From an uncultured Verrucomicrobiae bacterium (GTDB lineage Bacteria; Verrucomicrobiota; Verrucomicrobiia; Chthoniobacterales; UBA10450), in assembly GCA_963772365.1 (NCBI GenBank), contig CAVYXA010000005.1, forward strand, positions 96,001 through 160,000: DNA of 64,000 bases, written 5' to 3'. Positions 10,608-19,019 of the stretch are shown here, piece after piece. Under the pieces are notes generated by a model. The model searched no databases. It was not told the origin of the DNA and worked only from the letters and a program-made list of their open reading frames with translations. The translations under genes and the position numbers were made by a program. The stretch's first letter is position 1, and every line of letters starts with the position of its first letter.

Positions 10608-11252
10608 ATGAAAAAAAGCATCTTAGCACTCCTTGCGGTTGGCCTTTTATGTGGCCTCACCTCCCAACAGCTTCAAGCGACCCCATTGCCTCCGGGTGGC
10701 GCCGTCGCGCCGGCGATTGGCTTCGTCGATCCCATGGCGACTGCAGTTTGCTCGATGGTTGGAGCATTCGCTTCCGGCGACATTCAGGGTACGGTCGAGT
10801 CATGGGTATTTTCAGGTGACACATTTAATCCCTTTGGCGGCCTTACGTTCGTCTATCGAATCAACAGTGCTCCGACAAGTACGGACACGATTAGCTCCTT
10901 GGGCATTTCTGGTTTTGCGGGTCTTCTCGCGGATGTGGTCCAAGATCCCGCCGGCGGCGCGTTCGCCTCAGCAATAGCTGACCGCTCCCTCGACGGTAAC
11001 ACGATCGGGTGGAACTTTTTGGGGGGTGGCAGAATTCCGGCTGGCGCAAGCAGCTTCTATCTGATCGTTAGAACTGATGGGACGACTTACCACACGGGAA
11101 CAGCGGGGGTTTCTGATGGGACAGGTGCAACTGCATCTCCTGTCTGCCTGCCGGGTGCCGTCCCAGACGGTGGCTCGGCGGTTGCGCTTCTCGGCATCGG
11201 CTTAGCGGGGATTGAAGGATTACGGAGAAGGCTCCAGGCGCGTAAAGCCTAA
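10608..11252 (+). CDS. VPDSG-CTERM-type (VPDGG) sorted surface protein 1
   Basis: Signal peptide; C-terminal AVPDGGSAVALLGIGLAGIEGLRRRLQARKA (motif, TM helix, basic tail). Confidence 0.9.
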   Translation: MKKSILALLAVGLLCGLTSQQLQATPLPPGGAVAPAIGFVDPMATAVCSMVGAFASGDIQGTVESWVFSGDTFNPFGGLTFVYRINSAPTSTDTISSLGISGFAGLLADVVQDPAGGAFASAIADRSLDGNTIGWNFLGGGRIPAGASSFYLIVRTDGTTYHTGTAGVSDGTGATASPVCLPGAVPDGGSAVALLGIGLAGIEGLRRRLQARKA

Positions 11253-11292
11253 CTAGCAGGACGTTCCAGTTCCTCAGTCGAGGATTTTTTAC

Positions 11293-11325
11293 CGGGCGGG
11301 GCCCTAAGACCCCGCCCGTTTTTTT
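11293..11325 (+). terminator. Rho-independent terminator
   Basis: CGGGCGGGG-ccctaaga-CCCCGCCCG followed by T7. Confidence 0.85.
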
Positions 11326-11513
11326 ATGCAAAAACAAGTGGAAGATGAAAACGGAGCAGTGCATCCAAAGATCCTCGTGAACTCGATGATCCATAGTTAC
11401 CGAGCGAAAGCGCGACACCGCAATGTTTTTCCCTGTCCTAAAGAATCCCCGGACCTTGGCCTCGCCGTTTTCCTAGCCGCATCCTGGACAGGCTTGATCA
11501 ATTCTCGTTAATT

Positions 11514-11530
11514 CGTCGGAATGTCTTACG
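11514..11530 (+). promoter_or_regulatory. Putative enhancer (bEBP/PrsR) site 2
   Basis: CGTCGGA-ATGTC-TTACG, at the same 94-nt offset from the sigma54 GG as site 1. Confidence 0.7.
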
Positions 11531-11607
11531 AACATTTCACAAGCCACAAACAGTTGGAATTTTTTAAGTTGCATCAGGTGAAGTGTTTAAGGTTGGAACT
11601 AAATTGG

Positions 11608-11623
11608 TGGCATCAGGCTTGCT
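11608..11623 (+). promoter_or_regulatory. Sigma54 -24/-12 promoter
   Basis: TGGCATCAGGCTTGCT with GG-N10-GC spacing. Confidence 0.85.
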
Positions 11624-11661
11624 AAGAAGTATTCGACCAAAGAATGGCAACAGGAGCAAAA

Positions 11662-12327
11662 ATGAAGAATCTTACCAAAATAACGCTCACGATATTCGCA
11701 ATCGCAACAATAGCAGCGGAGGTCAAAGCGACACCACTACTGCCGGGCACGGCTGCTCTTCCGGCTGTAAGTTCAATTGCAGTCGGCGCGACGCTAGTCG
11801 CCTCCTCGTCTGTAGGGTTCGTCAACGGTTCGGTCGATGGAGTTTTTAATTCCTACGTGTTCAATGAACACCTTGGGGGAGGAGCACTGACCTTTGTTTA
11901 TGAGGTCCAAAACAACGGAGCAGGCACGGCAGCCTTTTCACGCTTCGCTATGGCAAATTTCGCTGGATATTCAGTAGATGTTTATCAGTCCAGCACCATT
12001 CCCGGTAGCGGTGTGATCGGAGGGACGCTGATGACTACGGCCGACCGGTCCTCATTTGCGGACGACGGTGGTGATGTAGTCGGTGCAAATTTCCTTCCGA
12101 AACTTCCGAACGGCTCAAATAGCTACTGGTTGATCGTACGCACGAATGCTACAGGATTCGTTTTGGACACGGCAGGCGTCATTGATGGAAGGACCGTCAA
12201 CCCTGCGGCCTATTTGCCGACTGGTCCAGCGGCAGTTCCCGACGGCGGCTCCGCAGTAGCACTGTTAGGGATCAGTTTGGCAGGAATCGAAGGTGTACGC
12301 AGAATCATTCGGGCGCGTAAGGCATAA
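11662..12327 (+). CDS. VPDSG-CTERM-type (VPDGG) sorted surface protein 2, paralog of 10608-11252
   Basis: RBS caggag before ATG 11662 and a signal peptide. Shares ATPL.PG, LTFVY, ADRS, LIVRT and TAGV.DG with protein 1. Ends AVPDGGSAVALLGISLAGIEGVRRIIRARKA. Confidence 0.9.
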   Translation: MKNLTKITLTIFAIATIAAEVKATPLLPGTAALPAVSSIAVGATLVASSSVGFVNGSVDGVFNSYVFNEHLGGGALTFVYEVQNNGAGTAAFSRFAMANFAGYSVDVYQSSTIPGSGVIGGTLMTTADRSSFADDGGDVVGANFLPKLPNGSNSYWLIVRTNATGFVLDTAGVIDGRTVNPAAYLPTGPAAVPDGGSAVALLGISLAGIEGVRRIIRARKA

Positions 12328-12379
12328 GCGCCATAAGCGCGTTTGCCGAAAAGGCTGCAATTACTGATTTGAATTGACC

Positions 12380-12412
12380 GGGCAGGTGCCAAGACCCGCC
12401 CTGTTTCTTTTT
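12380..12412 (+). terminator. Rho-independent terminator, homologous to the one at 11293
   Basis: GGGCAGGT-gccaag-ACCCGCCC followed by TGTTTCTTTTT. Confidence 0.65.
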
Positions 12413-12746
12413 CTGCTCCTGATTTAGTATCGAGCAGAGCAATTGAACCTTTCGCGTTTTCGATCGGTGGATGGCAGAACCGACGCGATCTTTCACCCGG
12501 ATCGCGAGTGGATCGACAATCGCGTGCTAACAACGATTGTTCTTATCCACGGATTGAACCTGGGAACCAAACCATTCCAAGAATCACGCAATAACACCCA
12601 ATCCAGCTTCAGTTTTCGATAGCGGTTGGAAGCGCAACCTTTTTCGGGTAGGCGTGTTCGCGTTCGAGATTTTGCGCAGGCGCCTCAACTCTGGGCGCAC
12701 GTAATAAAGAATTTTCAGCTGCACGCCTAAAGCGGTGCATTTGGCC

Positions 12747-12771
12747 GGGCGGGAGTAATCCCGCCCATTTT
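12747..12771 (+). terminator. Terminator-like hairpin with no CDS directly upstream
   Basis: GGGCGGGA-gtaa-TCCCGCCC-ATTTT. Confidence 0.55.
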
Positions 12772-12823
12772 GCGTACGTGCGAATTCTTTTGCTTTGCGA
12801 CGATCCTGACGCCGTGTCGGTTT

Positions 12824-12943
12824 TGTCGGAAACGTTTACGGTTTCTGACGTTCAAATCGATGCAAGGCGAGAAATCATATTACATAACCTATTCCAATTA
12901 AAGAAGTTATAAACTTACAGTCAGCGCTAGCATCTAAGTTGCT
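12824..12943 (+). promoter_or_regulatory. Third enhancer plus a degenerate sigma54 promoter
   Basis: TGTCGGA-AACGT-TTACG (12824-12840) and TAGCATCTAAGTTGCT (12928-12943), which has AG instead of GG at -24. Confidence 0.55.
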
Positions 12944-13078
12944 ATGCCAATTAGCGTTGGAAAGAGACAAAACCCACACCGCTGTTATTCAAAACTGAAA
13001 CCAGAATTCATGAGCCAGCTTTACAGCTTGAAAAACAATGGATTGCCGTTAGGCTCTGCGGGCTTCCTCCCATTCTTC

Positions 13079-13636
13079 ATGACTCATTCCCGCGACGAGC
13101 TCGCTAAATCGGAAACGCCACGTTGGTTTTGTCTGCGAACAGCGCCCAAGCATGAGCACATTGCTTCGATAACGTTGCGTCGGCACGTGGAGGTCCCCTG
13201 CTTTTCTCCACGGGTCCGATTTAAGAAGGCGACCCGGCGCGGTGCGGTTTGGTTCGTTGAAGCTATGTTCCCCGGCTACGTCTTCGCGGAATTCATTTAT
13301 CCGCTGCTCCATCGGCGAGTTGAACACGCATCCGGCATCCAAGGCATTGTCCATTTCGGCGATCAGATCGCGACTGTCGATGCTGACGTGATCCAGGTGC
13401 TGCGCGAAAAAGCGGGAGAAGAAGAAGTTGTAACTGTTAATTCGGAGATCAAGCCGGGAGAATCAGTTCGCATCACCGAAGGACCGTTTCAGGGACTGGA
13501 AGCCGTGGTCACCCGCGTGATGCCAGCCAAAGAACGGGTGCGCGTGCTGCTGGAGTTTCTCGGTCGATCGGTCGAGACCGAAGTGGCTGCTCCGAAAGTT
13601 CTACCTGCAAATCGCGGGCGTTTTTCAACGCTGTAG
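13079..13636 (+). CDS. NusG-paralog antiterminator (RfaH/UpxY-like)
   Basis: WFCLRT.PKHE and MFPGYVF in the NGN domain; KOW motif GESVRITEGPFQG. The ORF can extend to 12944, but ATG 13079 fits the family length. Confidence 0.85.
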   Translation: MTHSRDELAKSETPRWFCLRTAPKHEHIASITLRRHVEVPCFSPRVRFKKATRRGAVWFVEAMFPGYVFAEFIYPLLHRRVEHASGIQGIVHFGDQIATVDADVIQVLREKAGEEEVVTVNSEIKPGESVRITEGPFQGLEAVVTRVMPAKERVRVLLEFLGRSVETEVAAPKVLPANRGRFSTL

Positions 13637-13809
13637 CACGCCATCCGGTGTGATAATCAGATTGTTGGCTTCGGCTTCCAGTTATTGATTTGACACTTCT
13701 GTCAAAAAACTGAACAGCCAAAACGCCTTGGATGGTCGGCTAAACGTTGAATCTCCACTAGAGATTGCGCGTACGAAAGGTGGGCATGTGTTTTGCTCCC
13801 GAAAGAGGC

Positions 13810-14013
13810 ATGTTTTTAGCGGCCGCACTCCTTGCATTTGGTTGCGGATCGTCGCTTCTGATCTGGTATCAGTTGCGAAAGGCACCTGAAGGCTATGAAG
13901 ACGAAACCGGTTTTCATGCTGCTGCCAGACGAGCGCGCGGAAGTAGCGTGGTATCGAGGAAAAAGCAATCTGCGCCGGGACACGGCAATTCGCCAGCGCA
14001 TATCAAAGCCTGA
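13810..14013 (+). CDS. Small single-TM hypothetical protein
   Basis: RBS gaaagagg, a hydrophobic helix, then APEGYEDETGFH and a basic tail. Confidence 0.6.
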   Translation: MFLAAALLAFGCGSSLLIWYQLRKAPEGYEDETGFHAAARRARGSSVVSRKKQSAPGHGNSPAHIKA

Positions 14014-14216
14014 CCGAAGATAACGCATTTCCTTCTGGACCGTTCGCGTTGCGACGTCGCTCGGAATTTAAGGTGGAACGTGATCTCCGAGCGCGTTGAT
14101 AATAAACGCGGCTCCCGCCGTCAAACTTCCGATTTCATCATCGGGAATCTCCGCCGGGCGACTCTGTAATTGGATTCTTGATTTTTGGTATCGACGATGC
14201 TCATAATGGATTTCCG

Positions 14217-14909
14217 ATGGTCAGGGCGAATTGTCGGGAGCGATTCACGGCTGCGGACTTCGATTTTATCGTTCGCACTCTCGCCCGTTCGCAAACCGAT
14301 CACGTATCGCTTGTCGATCTTCTGAGCGATGCGGAAACGCGCGATTCGGTGCTCGATCATCCGCGCCTGGTCAGCGCGATCCTATCGAACCCCGGACAAC
14401 TCCGCATCTCTTCGCAATTTTATTTTTACGTGCTCGCCCGGCACGTCTTGCAGCAGGCCGGCATCACCGATCGCAAGCTCTGCGATTACGTGGGTTCGTT
14501 GCTCGAGACGTTTTCCCGGGCCAGCCGTTTGACTGCGACTGACGACGCCGAGAACCGCGGCCGTCAATACGTTTCCGATCTGCTGATCGCGCTGAAGCGA
14601 GCGACATCCGAGCAGGCCTTTCTGCTTCGGGCACACGCCGGAAATTATTCGCTATTCATTAGCGGTATCTTTCATGAGAACACGCACCGCCGCAGTTTGC
14701 GCGGCGCACCCGATCTCGAGTTTTACGAGCAAATCGGGCGAACCAATTATCAGCTGGTTTCTTCCCATCAGACTGCGCGCCGCTGTGAATTGGACGACGT
14801 TTTCGAAGGTCTGGCGGATCGTTTCCGCGAGGTTCGCCTCGCACTGAACGAGCTTTCCGATCGGCTTCTCAACCTCGACGAATCTCCCACCGGTTCTCTT
14901 TTTCTGTGA
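14217..14909 (+). CDS. Conserved hypothetical protein
   Basis: 230-aa ORF with protein-like composition (DYVGSLL..F, GNYSLFISGIF, YEQIGR..Y). Stop overlaps the next start (GTGA). Confidence 0.75.
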   Translation: MVRANCRERFTAADFDFIVRTLARSQTDHVSLVDLLSDAETRDSVLDHPRLVSAILSNPGQLRISSQFYFYVLARHVLQQAGITDRKLCDYVGSLLETFSRASRLTATDDAENRGRQYVSDLLIALKRATSEQAFLLRAHAGNYSLFISGIFHENTHRRSLRGAPDLEFYEQIGRTNYQLVSSHQTARRCELDDVFEGLADRFREVRLALNELSDRLLNLDESPTGSLFL

Positions 14910-15595
14910 ACGAAACACTTTTTAGCCAGATCCAGCGATTGTTCGAGCGGACTTACGCCCAGGTTGGAATCAATCTGGAAGACTGCCTGATCGACCGGCA
15001 GCGTTGCGCGCAATTGTCGATGCTCGCCGGCAAAGCAGCCCGGGAATTGAACGATCTAGCCCGCACGTTCTTGCGTACTGCTGACGACCGGCTTTACGTC
15101 GGCATTTATTATTCACGCTGGTTGATCGAGCAACTCGAACGCCACGATCCGCGCTACGGCCTGAGCAATCGCAATATTCGGTCGCTGATTAGTTTTGTGG
15201 AAGAAATCAATCACGCGCTTCACGCGGCGTTGCAATTCAAGAACGGTGCTCGCGAAATCGGCTCCGAGGAGTTTGCCCGCAATCTCGAGCTGCAGGCGCA
15301 GGTGGACACGTATCTGGTGCTGTTACTCTTTGTCGCTTTTTTCCGAAAAACTCAGAGAGTATCGAAAACAGATCGACGCTGGCTGCGATTTCATCTGTTT
15401 GCCAGAACTTGTCCGAATGCGTTTCGCGACGCCAATCTGCGCGGCCGTTACCTGGAAACGACTACGCTGGCATCGAGCTATACGGAATACCTCGATACAC
15501 TTAATGGTCTCCGGCGCCTAGAGGAAATCCGCGTGTTTCGCTCCCTGGATTACGACGAGAAGAAAGCACGGATTCTGGCCCTGCCGTTGCAATGA
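14906..15595 (+). CDS. Conserved hypothetical protein, translationally coupled to the upstream gene
   Basis: 229-aa ORF with EEINHALH and LELQAQVD motifs. Confidence 0.75.
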   Translation: MNETLFSQIQRLFERTYAQVGINLEDCLIDRQRCAQLSMLAGKAARELNDLARTFLRTADDRLYVGIYYSRWLIEQLERHDPRYGLSNRNIRSLISFVEEINHALHAALQFKNGAREIGSEEFARNLELQAQVDTYLVLLLFVAFFRKTQRVSKTDRRWLRFHLFARTCPNAFRDANLRGRYLETTTLASSYTEYLDTLNGLRRLEEIRVFRSLDYDEKKARILALPLQ

Positions 15596-15741
15596 TTATC
15601 TTCCGAGGGTGGTCTCAAGGAGCTCCCTCAAACTCGAAAATCGGTAGCGACCTTGTCGCGCAATAATGTAGCCGCTTCGTTTTCCTCCGGGTTGGCGGAG
15701 CGAGATCCAAATAAGGTTCGCGCGACTGCAATCGAGGGCTC

Positions 15742-16473
15742 ATGTTTCTTCATTCGACCATGGGCAAAATCGATCTGCTTCCACGCTCCTGGCGATCTCG
15801 AAGCAAAAAGGAAAACCGGACCGGACCGCCGCCCGTGCCGCTCTATGGGATGTGGGACCGCCTGGCTGGATTCGCCGCGGAAATCCGGTCGAGTCCTTTC
15901 ATGGCCGAGATGATGCACCGCCGCGAGCAGTTCGGGAAAATCGGAACGATGGCCGCGCTCGATTGTGCGACGCTCTACGCGCTGACTCGGTTCCAGCGTC
16001 CGGAGATCGTAATCGAGTCTGGCGGCTTTATTGGTTTGTCCGCTGCATTTATTCTGAAAGCTCTGGCCGATGAAAAACTCGCGGGTGCGCGTGTCTACAG
16101 CATCGAAGCGAGCGATGACTGTGCTCACTGGGCTTTGATTCCCGACGAACTCCGGCCGCAGCTCGTTCCGCTGCGCGCAAAAGTGGAAAACCTGGTGCGT
16201 GGTAATCAACTGCCGTCAAAGATCGACATGTTTTTGCATGACAGTTCGCACCGCTACCGGCACATGCATTGGGAATTTAAAGAGTTTTGGCGGCGTCTTC
16301 GGGACGGCGGCATGCTTGCCTCACACGATGTGAATATCACCAGTGCGTTCGCCGAGTTCGTGGCCAAGACATACGCCCACAATAGGTATACCGAGATGAT
16401 CGATTACGAACGGACGCTCCATCAGGAGTGGGGTCGCTGGGGATACATCGGATTCATCGTTAAGAAGATGTGA
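15742..16473 (+). CDS. Class I SAM-dependent methyltransferase (Methyltransf_24-like)
   Basis: IESGGFIGLS motif I, IDMFLHDSSH, LRDGGMLASHD. Confidence 0.8.
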   Translation: MFLHSTMGKIDLLPRSWRSRSKKENRTGPPPVPLYGMWDRLAGFAAEIRSSPFMAEMMHRREQFGKIGTMAALDCATLYALTRFQRPEIVIESGGFIGLSAAFILKALADEKLAGARVYSIEASDDCAHWALIPDELRPQLVPLRAKVENLVRGNQLPSKIDMFLHDSSHRYRHMHWEFKEFWRRLRDGGMLASHDVNITSAFAEFVAKTYAHNRYTEMIDYERTLHQEWGRWGYIGFIVKKM

Positions 16474-16561
16474 ACGGTCGCGAATCGCAAAGCTGCTTTT
16501 CAATCTGCCGGTCCAGTCGAATTTTGTTTGCGCAAATCGCGGTCTCATCTAAATACGGATC

Positions 16562-17416
16562 GTGTTCACGCTCACCATGCTCGGCAGCGGTAGCGCGGGA
16601 AATAGTGCATTGCTGGCGACAGGTCACGGCAAGATCCTGATCGATGGAGGGCTGAGCGCGCGTCAGATTGTTGTCAGGCTTGAACAATGTGGTGTTCAAC
16701 CCGAGCAACTCGATGGCGTGCTGCTTACACATGAGCACGGCGACCATGTCTGCGGCTTGGAAGTTCTTTGCCGGAAATTCCAGGTGCCGATTTACTGCAA
16801 TGCACTTACCGCAGAATCTCTCCGAGACAATGAAACGTGGAACGAATATCGGAACTGGCGCATTTTTCGCACCGGCTCGGAATTTTCGATCTGCGACGTC
16901 GTGATCCAGACTTTCCCGGTTCCGCATGATGCGGTCGAACCTGTCGGCTTCGCGTTTCACGCCGGAAATCGGTCATTAGGCTTTATTACCGATCTCGGTT
17001 ATGCCACCAAGCTGTTGATCGAGCGTTTGCGAGAAGTGTATAGCCTCGTCATCGAGACCAACCACGACGAAAAACTTTTACAGAAGGATATCCATCGACC
17101 CTGGCCGGTGAAACAGCGAATCCTCTCCCGTCATGGTCATCTCTCAAATACCGCAGCGGCGAATGTGATTGAAGAGTTGCTGCCCGGAAAATTGGAGCGC
17201 GTCGTCCTCGGACATCTGAGCCGCCATTGCAACACGCCGGCGCTCGCTCTTGGAGCGATCGAGTCGCTGCTGACGCGCAATGGCAGGTCCGACATCGCGG
17301 TGCATTGTGCGACGCAAACCGAAATGAGTCCGCGGTTTGTTATTGGTGAAACCGAAGCCGGAGCATTTCAGCGCACATTCGACGACGCGCTTCTTCACTG
17401 TAGCGGCGCTCTATGA
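16562..17416 (+). CDS. MBL-fold metallo-hydrolase (YycJ/WalJ-like)
   Basis: LGSGSAGN, THEHGDH, VPHDA, TDLG, ETNHD, GHLSN, LGHLS. Confidence 0.9.
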   Translation: MFTLTMLGSGSAGNSALLATGHGKILIDGGLSARQIVVRLEQCGVQPEQLDGVLLTHEHGDHVCGLEVLCRKFQVPIYCNALTAESLRDNETWNEYRNWRIFRTGSEFSICDVVIQTFPVPHDAVEPVGFAFHAGNRSLGFITDLGYATKLLIERLREVYSLVIETNHDEKLLQKDIHRPWPVKQRILSRHGHLSNTAAANVIEELLPGKLERVVLGHLSRHCNTPALALGAIESLLTRNGRSDIAVHCATQTEMSPRFVIGETEAGAFQRTFDDALLHCSGAL

Positions 17417-18130
17417 GCGTCAAAATCGGCTTCACCCGAAAAAATGCAGGGCGGGGATGTATTCGAATTGATGCACATGCTAATGGAATATCGTCATCAG
17501 CCGATTCACGCCGAGCTGGACAAGATTCGCAAAAAGTACTCGATGCTTCACCTCGATGCGCTGCTGTTGATCTATCACTTCGCACGCGTCTGTTCGGGGC
17601 AAATTCTCGAGATCGGTTCGTTTCTCGGCGGAGCCACCATCGCAGCCGCCTATGGCGTCCGTGATTCGGGCCTGACAAAAACACTGATCTCGATTGAACA
17701 AGGCGGTAGTTTGCAGCATCGCCGCTTGCGGAGCCGGAATATCTGGCGGGATTTGGAGCGGAATCTTGCCCGGGAGCGCGTGCGGGACATTGTCACTTTG
17801 CTTAAAGGCCGTTCATCTGACCAAACCGTCGTGACCGCCGTTCATCAAGCGCTCGGCCCGGATCAGATTGGCCTTTTCATCCTCGATTCAGACGCAGGTA
17901 AACGGCGCGATATTGATTGTTACTGCGGCAAATTGGCGCCGGACTGCTGGATGGTGATCGATGATTATTATTCGCCGGCACCGGATAACAAGATCGCGAT
18001 GACCCGCAGAGACGTGGACTCGTTGGTCACGTCCGGTCATTTGGCGCAGCTTGGATTTTACGGTTGGAGCACCTGGGTAGGCCGCTGGCAGGGACAAAGT
18101 CAGGTTTCCTCCGGGCCGACAACTAAATGA
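17413..18130 (+). CDS. Class I SAM-dependent methyltransferase; probable 1-nt frameshift in an A6 run near 17440
   Basis: ILEIGSFLGG and VIDDY in ORF 17444-18130. ATG 17413 overlaps the previous stop and joins the ORF if one A is removed. Confidence 0.75.
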
Positions 18131-18477
18131 ATCACGCCAGCCGGATCGGAGACAAAGAATCCGTTAAAATCTTCCCGCAAATGCTCGACCTCATCCCGTC
18201 TGGCGACGCCGTGCACTTTAAGAAATGCCGCCGCCGACTCTGTGTCGTTCGTTTCCAGCTCCAGCCAAATGTCCGGATGACTCAGATTTGGCACCCGGTC
18301 GATCCAAAGTCGGTTCGGCCCAAATTGAAAGATGCAGCCATCGCTCTCTTCTTCCAGCAAAGGCAGGCCGAGCGTGTCGCGATAAAATGCGATCGTCTGC
18401 TCGTAAGTGTGGCTTGGACATTTAATCGCAATATTTGCGCCGCCGGAAAACTGTGGCCCTTCGAGTTTAGCAACCAT
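18100..18477 (-). CDS. VOC/glyoxalase family protein
   Basis: AFYRDTLGL and FFVSDPAG motifs; 125 aa. Confidence 0.8.
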   Translation of the reverse strand: MVAKLEGPQFSGGANIAIKCPSHTYEQTIAFYRDTLGLPLLEEESDGCIFQFGPNRLWIDRVPNLSHPDIWLELETNDTESAAAFLKVHGVARRDEVEHLREDFNGFFVSDPAGVIHLVVGPEET

Positions 18478-18509
18478 ATGTCGATCTTAGCAGCGCAGCG
18501 CTAAATGCG

Positions 18510-19019
18510 CTAAAGATGCGGCAGGATTTTTTGGGCGACCTCCTTTGCCTTTTCCAAGGAACCGGCGTCGTTCGAGTAACCGCTCAAACCGACGGTGAGG
18601 ATCGATTTGCCTTTGACTACGTACAACATCAGCGCATCAGACGGCAGCGCGCTGGCAACTCCTTCACTGGCAAAAGCTTTATCGCCCAAGCCTGAAACCG
18701 GTTTCAGCCCCGGAGTATTTTTCATCATTCCATTCAGTTCCTGCTCTGTTTCATGACGCTCGGATGCCTGATAGAGACGCAGCAGAAGCGTTTTGCCCGG
18801 AGGGATGCTGTAGTAATTGCACTTGGAATAATAACCTTCACTGCCTTGAATGTTAACGGGCGTTGGATATTGCACCTTTGCGCCCAGAATCGACTCGACG
18901 GTTGCTTTGTCCACGATCTTTGAGACGTCGATCTTGATTTCCGGTACGGCAGAACAATTCATTGCCGCAATCAGAATAACGCCGATGCTGGTGACGAAAT
19001 TCCGGATCGATAATTTCAT
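18510..19019 (-). CDS. Exported hypothetical protein
   Basis: Signal peptide and a VSGLGDKAF motif. Start overlaps the fumC stop. Confidence 0.7.
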   Translation of the reverse strand: MKLSIRNFVTSIGVILIAAMNCSAVPEIKIDVSKIVDKATVESILGAKVQYPTPVNIQGSEGYYSKCNYYSIPPGKTLLLRLYQASERHETEQELNGMMKNTPGLKPVSGLGDKAFASEGVASALPSDALMLYVVKGKSILTVGLSGYSNDAGSLEKAKEVAQKILPHL

